From positions 6,138,001 through 6,202,000 of the forward strand of contig NC_134028.1 in NCBI RefSeq assembly GCF_964204645.1: a stretch of DNA of 64,000 nucleotides, given 5' to 3'. Below the pieces are notes generated by a model. That model searched no databases, was not told the DNA's origin, and worked only from the letters and a program-made list of their open reading frames with translations. This stretch comes from Tubulanus polymorphus. Taxonomy: Eukaryota; Animalia; Nemertea. Position numbers and translations under genes: made by a program. Positions 1-13,500 of the stretch are shown here, one piece after another (positions within the stretch are counted from its first letter, which is position 1; the number at the start of each line of letters is the position of its first letter).

Positions 1-519
1 ATAAATACATCGTAAAACTGATAGATACACATTAAAATAAATGTTTATATTCATTTTACAACGCTGATGAAAATAGTTTCAAAAAATGTTCATTTTAACT
101 TCCTAATTTCCCGCTGGATTTTATTGCCGTGGTCAGTAAGCTCTGGATTCATCAATTTGAACTCCGCGCCAATTAAACTTTTCGGATAGGCGGATCGTTG
201 CCCGTATCAAGTGCATAATATTGTAAGAACTGGGTCAAGCGACTGATGCTCGGCATCCGTTTGTGTAAACCCACTGGCATGGAGGCGCATATCTCTGGTT
301 AAAAAAATGTAAGAAACTATACTAAAGACACTCAAAAAGGTAATAAAATGCGGCTGTGTGGTAACCATCTATTAAGATAATTTAAGAAAAACCAAGTCAA
401 ATCGCGTTTTGGAAATTAGATCGGGTTAGTCACTCAATTAGCATGATTTTCCACTGCTGAAAGCAAATATTTTTCCACTGCTGAAAGCAAATAGAATATA
501 TATGAATAGCATAATGCAA

Positions 520-960
520 TGATAAAACGTGACTTCGTTAGGGCCAATCCGGATGGAGTCTGACAGTCCCCCTCCTACGCAAAATGATATTTCGTCCGGG
601 TCCGCTGGAATGCGCCTGTCGTTAGTGTTACTGACGGCCGACAGGGGATTTCCCTCGCGCTCAGCAGAAATTGACTGACAAATGACGTCAGCGGCAACCT
701 GTGAACATGGCGCTACCCGTCCTCGTCCGTAGATGGCTCGCTCTAAATACGGCGACATATTTCATCAAATTACTCGCGATTTAGGAGACGGACTTAATTC
801 GAAAATATACGCACGGTGAGTTAAAATAACCGGGAATTTAATGTGCTAAATTGTTTAAATGCGACGTTCGAATGTATTTAGTTATTAATCTGTTTCTATG
901 CGCGTCTCCGGGAATTTCGTGTCAAACGTTTCAATGAGTAAACATCGGGGGCGTGGCCTA
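520..960 (+). promoter_or_regulatory. Putative promoter / first-exon region of the USP gene
   Basis: CpG-rich stretch with a palindromic CRE TGACGTCA (683-690), a GC-box-like GGGGCGTGGC (~948-957) and a splice donor at 816. Confidence 0.4.
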
Positions 961-1363
961 TTTTATATTACTATATACTAACTATATACAAATGTAGAAC
1001 TACGGGTAAGAGGCTTGTTAGGTTAAATTCTTAATTGATCTCTTTATCCTGAGGATCAGTGTATGTGGTGCTTAAATATTATTTTAGTTGATTAATTTCA
1101 TTCTGTTTAAATAATTCGTTTTTTTAGGTTAGACGTTTTTTAGGGTTTTTTTTATGAGATACCTTTCAAAAGTTCTTAACTTATTTTCTTCAATTTTTAG
1201 CTAATCAGATAGTTTCAATTTAATTTTTCAAACGTTTTAATTCTACCATCAACATTTTTCCTGGAACAAATTCTTAAGTTAACCCCAATTTTGCCGATTA
1301 CGTATATTTCATGAATTTCGCGTGGGTAATATGAAAAATAAAATGCCGTCTTTTTTCTTATAG

Positions 1364-1548
1364 GAATGGACGTGACATAACAACAGCTGAAATGTTATGG
1401 ATTATAATGTAAAGAGTGCATAATAGTGACGAACTGACTAGACTACAACCAGAATGGATTATTATCGTTTGCGCTGGATTAATTTAATTCGTTAAAGTTA
1501 AAATTCGTAATATATATCTATATTGATGTTAATGATTAAGCCGAAACA
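1364..1548 (+). other. Putative 5'UTR part of the first coding exon of the USP gene
   Basis: Strong acceptor ttttttcttatag ends at 1363. An upstream donor cacg|gtgagt at 815/816 suggests a preceding non-coding exon within the GC-richer 520-815 region. Confidence 0.5.
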
Positions 1549-4500
1549 ATGCAGAATCCTAGGAATAGAATGTCTATAACTTGTCCGAAGGGATTGCAGA
1601 ACCAACCGGGAGAAAACAATTGTTTTCTCAACAGTGCTGTCCAGGTGTGTATTAAAAAATGTCGACTATAAATCTCAAAGCATGTGTAATGAAATCTGAC
1701 TCTACAGTGGCCTGGGCACCCTTTCTGACTTAAGTCAGAATTATTATTAATGTGTATGGTTTAGAATACAAAAATTGTGCAAACATTAGTCTGTACTATT
1801 TTGCCTTCTGATTTTTTGTATGATCGCCCTTTTTTTGGTCCATCGAGTGCCCTTGTGAAGACCTTGTCCTTAAAAATGGCTCCGAGAATGTTTGAGTGAC
1901 GCATTCTAGCCTTTGAAGAGGGAAGTACCAGCCTTTATAAACTATCAATCCTTCTGAATCAGCGCATGTTAGCCACTTAGCTGGAAATTGGGGAAAAGTC
2001 AGGGAATTTTCTTTTAAAAAAGTCATGTGGTAATCGGGGAATTTTGTAAAAAAAGAAGCAGTAAGTCAGGGAAATTTGTTGAGATTGCTAGATCGTGCGT
2101 AAAATCAAACAGTTTCTGACGAGAGAAATCCCATAATAACGAAGCCAAGATTGAAAAATTTTATATCAGAATGATTGTATTTGAGGAGCGACGTTTCGGC
2201 TAACAACTATTAGGCCTAGCCATCAACAGGCGTGCTCATTAGTACTGTTAGCCATCATTCGGTACGCCTGACGATGGCTAACAGTCGATAGCCGAAACGT
2301 CGCTCCTCAAATACAATCATTCTGATATAGAAATTTTTCAATCTTGGCTTCGTTATTGTGGGATTTCTCTCGTCATCATCATACACGGATATTGTGTATT
2401 TTCTCGTCCAAACAGTTACTGTCTATGTCCTACGTATTTGACTGCGTTAATTGATTGAATTCTTGGCAGATCAAGTCTAGGGAAAACAAATTTCATGTCA
2501 GGGAAAAAAGCAAGTCAAAAGTGATCACCACGCAATGCTAAATAATCCTTAAAAATTGTGTAAACATATAAGTAACGTTTTGGATTGTGAAGACAACTCG
2601 GCGTTTTACTTCTAAAAACAATCTGTGACAGACGTCGTCGTCGTCCAACTGTTTCCCCGATATCGATCGCAGATGTTACCGCGATGATTTTATTGTTATT
2701 TTCATCAGATGGTCGTCGTAGATTTCTTACATTAATCCTCTTATTCCGAGATATAACATGTCCACGCTTATAATAAGTCGATTGAGGGCTTATCGTTCGT
2801 TCGCTTGTGTTAGTTATCTTTGATTGAGCCGGATGATATACGTTTCAACCGGTTCCGGCTCATCAGCCGATGTTACTTAACAATACGTTCGGGGATTATA
2901 TTTTATTGTCGTCATCTGTGCCCAGTTCCACAGTTGTTCGTTAATGACTTGTAAAGGGTTAATATTTGACTCGAGTGAGATTATTGATTTGTGCACTGAT
3001 TATGTCTATCGGGACCCCCTACCTTTCTGCACATGACAGTATTTGTTGCAAAGAGTTCAACTCGAGCTTACCTTGCCCCAACTCATGTTGCTTCTGCATG
3101 AAGAATGAGCCTAGTCAGTCCACACTACATACAAGATTTTATTTTAAAATGAATAAATTTTATCAATCAAAAATATTGACATCATTCAACATGAATACTA
3201 TTACATGCTTATAGAAATTGCTCGTAAATTTCAGGCGTAAAGTCACCCTGCGCTTTGAAATTGAATTTTTCGACGGCCAAAAACTACAACTATCAGTGTG
3301 TGTTAATCAAACGAAATTGTTCATATATGAAATGCACACCGCTTATAAATATGTGATCTGATGTGGGAAATAAAGTTTCATTTGAATTCCTGCTTTGGTA
3401 GCACATTCCGTAGTGGAATACTTCCACTTTCATCTATTGTCATCACACTTGTGAACTCCATATAAATGGCACCCGCCAGTTGGGGTCGCTAAATTATCAC
3501 CTGTGACCAATTTTGGTCACGGATTGAAGTCTTCAATTACATTAATTTTTCATACACAATACACGTTGATGCTATCCATTGTTATATGGGGCTACCTTAC
3601 TTTCACTTGCCCGGGAGCCGTGAGCTGGGAGCCCTGCAGCTGTCTGGGGGCTATTGTTCTGTGACTCTCACTCTACTAGCATAGAGTTCACTACTGTGTT
3701 TGGCGTGTAAATGTGAAGACCTAAAAATTCATTCTCGGGCCACCATTTAACTAAGCGAAGATTTGAAATTGGAATCATTACGTCATCAATAGTATAAGGG
3801 TGTTAATGGGGCGAGCTAAGGTCTTACTTTTCAATTAGCGCCCGAGCTCCGTAAAGAAAATGATCCCTTGTGGGACTAAATTCGAAAGTGTTTAACAGTG
3901 TTAGCCCCTGCTGTCATCTTTTTTCAAAGCATTTTAACTATGCACGAAAATTAGAAGACAAATTTCTAGGTTTCCAGCGAAAACTAAAACGTCAGCGTAG
4001 TTGACGCGGATTCCGTATAAACGTCGCGATTCCTTTGTTCGGAATTTAGGGAAGATCGAAAATGTGACGATTCTAAATATATAACCGGGCACCTTACAAT
4101 AAAATGTCGGCCGAGTCCTCGCGTAGAATAGATTCTCTTTCGAAAAGACGAATTGTCGCCATAAATTGTATTAGAATGAGTAATAGACCTATAACTCGAC
4201 AGTACTATTGCAGCGTTTGACATTCATAGTACTTTCTTTTGTCAAAGACTTTTCTTTACACGTTGAATATAGCGTCGGCTGTTATAAATTTTTCGTAAAA
4301 CCCTCATTAGTTCACCGTAAATCACGCTTAGTAGCCGGTATGGTATACATTGAAAAGAAATTCCGGCTAAATTAAGCGAGCATTTGATTGTGGAATGTCA
4401 TTTCGATTGGAAAAATATGTATGCTTTCACCGTCCTTCTAATCTTAGACTAGAAAATGTTTCTTGAATTTTTGGAACATTCTTTCGAAATGGAAATGTTC

Positions 4501-7500
4501 TACTATACCCATGACACACAAAGAGCCCTGTATCTAACCAACCCTGATTATCAGGAACAGACTCCGAAAACTATTCTATTGTGTCCCTTGCTGGCAGAGC
4601 CTTGTCAACCTCCCTGACTGCCAGGAACAGTCTGTGCTTTCCGCTGTCCCCTGAAACATGTCCCTGATTTTCAAGAAAAACTGATATCAGATTCAGAGGC
4701 CAATATTGAAGGACTAATCACGTCCCAAAAGGGTACTTTGATGTACAAAAGGCAATATTAAGTGGACTCCTCCATTGAGGGGACAGTTTTGAAGAATTTA
4801 TCACATCCAAAAAGGTCACTTTGATGTCCTTAAAGACAATAATACATGTATTAGGTGTACTCCACACTGAAATGAACCAATTATCTTCGTCGAAAAAATG
4901 AATAAGGGCACTCAAAAAATTTGATGGACTTGTACAAGTTTCACAAGTCCCCCTGGATCGACCCCTGAGACTTAATGTCGCTAACATTTCTAACATCGGT
5001 TCCACTTTTACTTTTCAGGTACTATGGCACTTGGACGTTTTTCGACGTAGCTTTCGTATACTTTCGGGCCACGCTTGCGTCGGCCATTCGTGTATTTTCT
5101 GCGCACTGAAGGTGAGTAAGTCCCGGTGACGCGGGGCCGGGAGAAGTGTGGGGGCAATGGTCTTCTGTATGTATAATACGAGAAATATGTATACAGAGCC
5201 GCAATATACGCCTCAAGCCCTGTTGAATATAGCTGGATATTTGAGTCATCGAATTGTTCATACGATTAATATTGCGCTGCAGTGTTGAGACACCGGTATT
5301 ACTGGTGCGTGGTACTGATGTGTATTGATTAGAAATATCTGCTGTGTACTGGTCGTATACATTGACATCTCTGATGACACACGCACGGTACTGTTTCACC
5401 ACAGTCGGTAACACTAACTATAGTGACGGTACGCGGACTGCTTTCTGGATGGCTTGAATTCCTTTTGAGATACGCTGAGTTTTGAAAGATAACTTAAATG
5501 GGAAAGGCGTGTAAAATTTGAAATTGTTATTGTTCATTTAGTTTTAGTCTTAGTCTCATAATTATGGGTCTAGTTTTATAGACTTGGTTTCCAGCTTGAG
5601 TTGTACCCAAATATCCTAATAAGTCAAAAGTTTTGCCCTTTGGTTTTAGAGAAGGCGTAATTTCAAACCATATCCATATAGTCTACTAACTTACATTTCT
5701 TTAAATACAGGTCTATTGAACCTTGAATTCTCATCCTTTCAACTGATATTATTTTTTATCATCTTTGATGCACGCATGCCATTCATGATGGCAGTCATTG
5801 CGCCATACGTACTGAACATAGGTCCTTGTCTTTTATAAGTCGTGAGAGAATTTCTGATAGAAATTACGTCGGACATTCATATTTCGATTGTATAGGCTTG
5901 ATGAGATTGTTCCTGTAGTTGTCTATGGACCGGGGCCTCTTTCTAGGTAAAGTAGGCCCCGACGATCTCGGGGATTCGCTCTGAGTAATAATACAGGTCG
6001 GGTTTGGCGGTCGTGAAGATGTCACTCGAAACTTTCGACGGCAAATATTGGTTTAAACTTCGACTCAGCCGATGAATGAAATAGTCCGTATATATACAAT
6101 CAAATCGTTTTATATACGCTACGATCTGAAGTGACATATGGTATGAGTCACCGCCGCCGCCAACCCCACTACTACTGTTACGGAAGTAGTCATTAGCGAA
6201 TCCATTCAAATTTACGAATGTATTTTTTTTTTCGATATAAAAGCTATATATCTAGTCTCCGTACGAACATCTCCTGAATGTAGTTTTTAGAAAATGTTCG
6301 GTAAACCTGGTATAGCCATCTGTTTAAAGAATGGGTTACAAAAGTCTAGTATACTTGTGCATCATTATCTGCTGGTTCTGAGAGATTTTTAGTGTACTGT
6401 AGATTGCACTCGATTTCGATCCCGCCAACTTGCATTTATCAGAGATTCATCACTTTTTTTTCGAAACCGCCTATTCGGATCTCACTCCAGTCGGATAAAT
6501 ATTCATCATTAAACAAATCTGACTCGAGCAGGGGCGGATTGCATTATTGGTTACAATTTTTTAATTCGCGCAGATATTCAAATTCCCGAAAAAAAATCCA
6601 ACTCAAGCTGAGTCTAGTCTGACTCTACATATCAATTACAATTGAATATCAATGCTTTATTCTCTCTAATAACAAATGATTAATATACACACATAAATAC
6701 AATTCGAGAAAAGGATATCTCCGAGCCAATCCGTTAATTTATTAATTCGCCCTGACAATCCATCGACTAGAGTCCATGGACAATCCAATTCCTGAAATCA
6801 CAGAGGTGATCATAAGAATCTCCACCACTTTCCATCATGAAAATTTCCATCAATCGCTTTTACCACAGTGATATCATGGTTAAATCGCCGTTTTATAAAC
6901 CAGTGTTGTTTATTCAATTCCGTTATGTTTATTTTGTAGGTGATATTTACGCAGTTTCAGTACAGCGACCAGACTGTTCTTCCTCCCGATCAGTTGAGGA
7001 AGGCTCTGGCCGACACATTCTTGGATCAACAGCGATTTCAAGTCGGCGACATGGACGACGCCGCCGAATGTTTCGTAAGTTTTCATTTTCCGTTAACGAA
7101 AATTGCGTTTGACCCGGTTAAGCCCAGGGGAATATGGAAACAGAAACAGGGAAACATATATGTTTGATCATGAAAAAATTGTTACCGAAACTATGTTTCT
7201 CGTGCACATGATACAGGGAAATCCTCCGAAACATTTTTCTGTTTCCTGTTTCTGCGTTTCCCTGTGTCGCGTGCATTGGGCTTTACACTGGCGCGCATTT
7301 GGGTATTAGCACCAGAGGCACGTGTTAGCATCTTGAAAGTTTTGCACCCTTGGCCTCGCTTGGAAATTTAACGAAAAGCAGTGAATTTTCAAAATGTTTT
7401 GGGGTATGTCGTGGACCATGCCCTTAGTTCATGGTTGTGCTAAGCTATACAGTTGATCCTAGAACCGCCCCAGTTACATGTCATTCAGTCAAATCTCCAA

Positions 7501-10500
7501 ATCCAGTTTGACAGTTGTGATTTATATTTGGAAAATACTGTTTACGCCGCCGAAGTAAAAACAGTTGATTCTCATCTAATCTTTAGGAAAAACGATTTCT
7601 TTCTATATGATAGAGCGAGTCTAGTACTGGGCGATGTGGAATATATCATCATAAGAAATCATGTTCTGGTATTTCGTTGATCACCGCTTAGTCATGTGTT
7701 AACCATTCGAGCGATAGATCACTATTTTGATCAGTAGATTTTTGCGTTGTGTCCGGGTTGGATAGGCAGTGATTGCAGCCCCTTCTTTCGTTCTCCGTAT
7801 TTCTTTTTCGGTCTATTTTTCTCCTCTCGCGACAAAACGATGGATTACTTGAATAAATCAACGAGAAATTTGGTGTGTAGAAAAAACTCTAAGGAAAACG
7901 CTGAATTAATTTTTAACACGTTTAAATTCTCGAATAACCGTGTTATTTTGTTTCTCTGATTATGAAGATTATTATTACTCTTATTATTATTCTCTATTAT
8001 TATTACTCTTATTATTATTCTCTGTTGTCTTTTTACAGGAAAATATTTTGTATCAGATTCACTTCCACGTCGCCAACAAAGAACCCGAGGACCGATGCAA
8101 GGCGCCGCATTGCGTGTCTCATCAGAAATTCGGAATGAGCATCGTTGAACAGGTAAGATTAAGTTTTTCCGTTCGAAATTCTCCGATCGGATTTTTATCG
8201 CCGCTGACATATCACGAGACGTAGAAATCATGGGCTCCCGGAAACTTTATCCTGAGAAGTTTGTTTCTTGGTTTCGTGCTTACCACGTTGTGCCAGTTGT
8301 GTGACGTGTTCATTTGGATATTGATAGGGTTTATTGTTCTATAGTTTAACGTCACAGATGTTCGTATGTAATATTCGATTAAAAATGTAAATACGTATGT
8401 GTGTGTGTGTGACACAGCACATGGTTCTCATACAACGGTAGCCATATCTAGAATAGTGATGTAAGCTATGACATCACTCGCCCCCTTCATTCTGAACGCA
8501 TATGTTCCTTAATCTTTGAATATATTTATATCATATCTTTACTTTTGAGGTCGGGCCTACTTGTAGTAAAGTCATAGTGACTGTCACGATATTTCGATGA
8601 CTATTTCCAATTTTAGATATTCACCTCTATCGCTTGGTTCATACTGTCAGCTGATTAATCTGCCAACTGCAATCATAGAGCAATGATTGGTCAGTGCGTT
8701 GGGTCTAGATTGCCATGCGTTAATTTTAGTTGTACTCGATCCGCTTAGCTGATATCAATCAGGTTTATTACTCTATATGGTCAGCCGTGTACGGTTTATT
8801 ACCTTCTGCTAGTGTACGCAGCAAAAAAAATCGGTCCTAGATAAATAATTGGTACGAATTCATATATACATGCGTATTAGGTCGGTAGATAAATCAAAAT
8901 AAGTTCAAACTCGTTTGAACATTAAAAAGTCGTTTTTATTCCGAATGTATTTACCTGAAATTGCCCGGGCGTAAAATGGGCTAGCATTGGGCCGAAGCCA
9001 AAAACTACCCTGGATTCCTGCTATCTGTATATTGAACGTCGCACTTTCGGATTAATTTTCATTTTTATTTCCACGTGACATGGCATATATGAAAATAAAC
9101 GACAGTGAAATGTAAATCAGTTTCGAATTATGGATGCGTGTACACGTGTTGAAGATAATACGTTATCATATATTCATATGAGTTATAGTCAGTGTAACTT
9201 CAATATGTAACTGAAAATGTTAAAATCGGTTTAATTCCTTCGTGTTAAGCCTCCTGTAATTGGATATACCCAGTAGTCCAGATTGAAAATTTGAAAACCT
9301 CTCACTCAATACTGAACAATGCTTACCACTTTACATTTTATATCTAAAATTTCTCTGATTCACTCAGTGAATTTTGTGTAATCACAAGTTAAAATCAGGG
9401 ATCACTGTTTTTGGAAACAAAATCTGGGTCGGGGATAGGTACGCTGAAACAAAAGGAAAAGGACAATGAAACATTTGAATTTGAATAATTTATCGAACTG
9501 TCGAAAACATTTAGACGAGGGTCTGCTTGAAGTGTAAACGCGTGCGCGATTGAATTATTAATAAAAATTGATATCGGTAAATGTCGTCGCATAAGTACCA
9601 TCGAAAAAACCGAGGCATGAATATATGTATCGCTGGGGGCCGTTGCACTGTGACGCATATACGGGGGATACCTCGCCAATCATATCACCGAGCGCCGAGG
9701 AAAAAATCGATTCAATTTTGCCGATGCGTCTATTGTGTACGCGTACAGAGAAATAACAATGTGCGTAATATCATTTCTTATTAACCATTGTGACGAAGAG
9801 CTATAAAAATGTCTATAAAAACGAACTCCGATGATCAGTATTCGTTCTAAGCCTTGCAGAGGCGTAGCCAGCTTTTCTGGTGAGGGTTTTTTAATGGGGA
9901 AGAGGAAGTTATATGCCTATTTCTATAGTTCACTGAGGGAATTTTATGAAGTCAACTAAAAAAATCTGAGAAAATTTGGGGGGTTTGTAAATGGGTGGAA
10001 AGTGGTGGCCCGGAATATCGTTTGAAGTTCTTTTTTATATCCGATATATTTCATCTCGACTGTTGTTTGCGCTGTAAGCAGGCGCAGTGTCTATATTTAT
10101 TTTACGATCAGATGCTTTCGATCGAGAAATGTTTTATGGCTCGCGTTCTAGCTCTCGCATCGATTATAATCACACCTGTAAGTCCTCCGCGATTCTGGGT
10201 CAATTAATCTATAAAGTGGCAGCTCCATACCTTCGTATACAATGTGCTTGCAGGTAGTTCAAAGGAGCCAAAATTCTGAAATTCTTTTTTGAAATTTCTC
10301 TGAGCCAAAATTCTTTTGAAACAGTCAAACCTTCCGAAAAATCTGACCAATTTTGGTAGCTATCACACATTCTTGCCAAATTAGGCCCGGAACAACTATT
10401 TACACAGGTGCAAAATTGGCCCGTGTCTTTGCAGCCAAACCAAAAAAACATTGGACCTGGTCCGAGCCAAATTTACATGTGGTAGGAGCAAATTCGACTC

Positions 10501-13500
10501 TGAAGAGCCGATACAGGTCAAATATATATATTATATATTTCTTTCATTAAACCTGTAGATTTTTTGTCAGGAAAATTTGGAAGATTTTGGGCAGAAAATC
10601 ATTTCGATTTCGACTACTGAGCTTTCATAAACAAAACATTTGGTTTAACCATCTCAATCGGATAAAGTAGGAAAAATTAATTTATGTCGTGTTTATTATT
10701 CCTGGTGCCTGAAGTCGTGTTATAACATTATTTTCATTCGAAGTATTTATTTAGCTAATTGTTTGTCCCGCTCTGAGCCAAACCCCTCTCCCCGGTGGCC
10801 TATATGGCAAATCAAAAAATACGATTTGAATCTTATGGTTCCATTAAAAATTCTCTCCTGCCATCATTGCCATGGTTACGGATGCTATTAGGCTAATGGG
10901 GGCTGTAAAATCGTAGCGTCATAATCCGAATTCTCAGTTTCTGCATTAGGTGTGGATGTGGCTTGTCTCGATTTTTATGATGATGTATATATATATCATT
11001 TTAGATAAAGATAAATTACATATATCATTTATATATGTAATGTTATCTATATTATATATCATTATATGTATATATAGATTAATATTATAATATGACTGCA
11101 TTAATATGAACATAGGTTGCATTTTGAGTTGATATGAAATGGAAGTTTAGGATGGACTCGTATCTTAAAATATCGCATTCCTAAGAATGGATAAGATTCG
11201 GACAGACCGATATATATATATATATGGGATTTTTTCCCTATTTTGTCTGAAGTTGTTGTTCAACGAAGTGGTTTAATTATTCGTAAGGAAAATTGTTAAT
11301 CGACGCGAATCGCGTGCTTTGAAAAGTGAAATATTTTCGATTATTCATCTTGTGAATGATAGGAATTCGCGAGAACCCTGAAGGAGGTCCTTAAACAGCG
11401 CTGCGTTTTGGCTATTTGCCACTGGTTGTGGTCGTTATAATAGGATATGATAGAGTTGTGGCATTTCCTTCTTAAAACTTCAGGATTGCGCACGGTTACT
11501 TTTAGGGACAAACGAATAATAGCCGAAATCCGATAAGCTCGTCCTTTTTTTACGAATATGTCTGCTTAATTTTCAAATGAAATATGATACTGACAACAAA
11601 GGATGGTTTGATTTTAACATATGTTCCCGAGTTCTCACTTTACAGTGTTATCAATCTATCAACAAATTTGGTCACGACAATCACGTAGCTATACTTTATA
11701 ATTTTAGATACAGAAAATTATCTTAGCCCTCTTGTCTTTTCATTTCCCTGGACCCTCACTCACCCCTCGCTCACCCCTCACTCACCCTGAGTAGTGTATA
11801 ATAGGATTTGCGATTCTTCTCAAATCTCTTAATGAATTCTGAATCAATGGATCCCATAGTGAACACATATTGCTGTGTGTAAAAGGCCCAAATGTTTGCG
11901 CAGTGAAAGTTTGTCTAACATTTCTATTTGTTTTGCGTTTTCAGATAATTTGCCCGTGTGGCGCGAAGAATGAACCGTTCGCTTTCAACCAGCTAGTCCT
12001 ATACGTGCCGACCTCGGCTCTTGTGTAAGTATCAGAAAATAAGACCTCGAAACAATTGAAAATGTTTTTCAGCTAACCTTGTTTTAAACCTCTCTGTTGG
12101 CTACAGATTATGCGGTCATTATGGAAAAACGTGGTTAAAAATGGTTGAAAATTAACCGGTTTTTAACGAACGAAATGAAATCACGAAAGACATTGATTTT
12201 AGTAATGTCAATTGTCTCACATTAATGAATCAAGATAAGGAAAATTTTGAAAATTTCTTCGCGCCCAATGCACCCCACCCCTGGGTATGGGTGTGATATA
12301 CACAGATATATAGACTAGGGCAATTGATACTGGACCTAATATTGGTGTCGTATAACTGAAATATTTTGAGATTCGATACCTTTAGAAATAACAATGCGAG
12401 TCCCTATGAGAAAAATGTCAATTCTAATCGCTTTATTTTTTCACGATTCGGATTTTTCGTACCCGGTACACAGGACTTTATTCTCAGTACATCCTGTTAC
12501 TTACAGGAACCGGTGTTACCGGTATTTTGACGGAATAAAAGACGGCTTTCATTGTTGCGTGCGTTCTGTTTACTCAGGTAGAAACGTTTGACTAACGCAT
12601 ATGTGTGTATGCGTTTTTAAGTCGTGCGCTGTCGTACTGTTCTGAATAAACCGCAGGAATCCTGTCAACCGAGCGTGCCCTGCAGGTGCTTGCGTGTCTC
12701 CTGATATTGAATAAGATAGTCTTTGTACGGAATCGCGATAACTTAAAAATATAGCGATATATTGTCTTATCATTCTGTGAAGATATGTTTGGACAGAAAC
12801 CCACGCGTTTGATAAGCCATGTTAGTGTTTACGCGGAACTATATTTTGATTACGATGAAGAAAGACGTTTTCGTATATAAGCATTCTTGTAAGAAGTGAA
12901 AGTGTTTTTAAGTACCTAGGCCAAGTTTTATGAAACTTAAAAACTCAAATTTCGCTTTTTTGTCGCTATTTTTCGATAATCGGAACAAAATGAGGAAACA
13001 AACTGTTTTCGAAGCATCAGACTTTTTGTTATACCCGGCCCTGGACTAAGTTACGCTGTAAATTTTCGAGTTTTTGAACTAGAAATAAAAACAAAATTGT
13101 CAACTGGTTTTAACGAAGTTTAGCCATTAGTCTTCAATCTTTTGTTGAAGAACAATACATCGGAGAATATTAGTAATCATTGTCATGTTGTTTGCGCGTT
13201 ACATAAACTGCCGAAGTTTGTTTGGCGTTGTTCCTATATTCACAGAACGTGTGAGATTTTACGATTATTTATTTGTTCCCTATAAATTGAATACTGACTC
13301 AGGTGTACTGCGTATATATACGCACACACCACACACACCACACACACCACTCGCGCGATCAGTACTTTCTTAGAAACGTTTCACGGGTTTTTGATTCCGA
13401 TGGTGTTAACGCTCTTATACGGGCATTCGTCCTGAGTTGAATTTCTGATTAGGTTTTAAGTAAATGCAAACATACTTAACCCGCGTAGTTCGGCCATTAT

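Larger units (their letters stand above)
1969..2531 (+). mobile_element. hAT-like MITE family A, copy 1 (interrupted by a fold-back insertion)
   Basis: Shares gccactta-ctggaaa-cagggaattt...aaatcaaacagtt-ctgtctatgtc-t-cgtatttgactg-gttaattgatt...gtcagggaaaa with the copies at 16228, 23816, 36855(-) and 55035. Termini of the family resemble CAGGGTGGCCAC...GTGGTCACCCTG. Confidence 0.75.

Noticed and set aside
438-758. 106-aa minus-strand ORF, and a possible downstream exon at ~170-295
   Set aside because: No recognisable protein. It lies antisense to the GC-rich USP promoter region and ends in a 23-bp tandem duplication (446-494).
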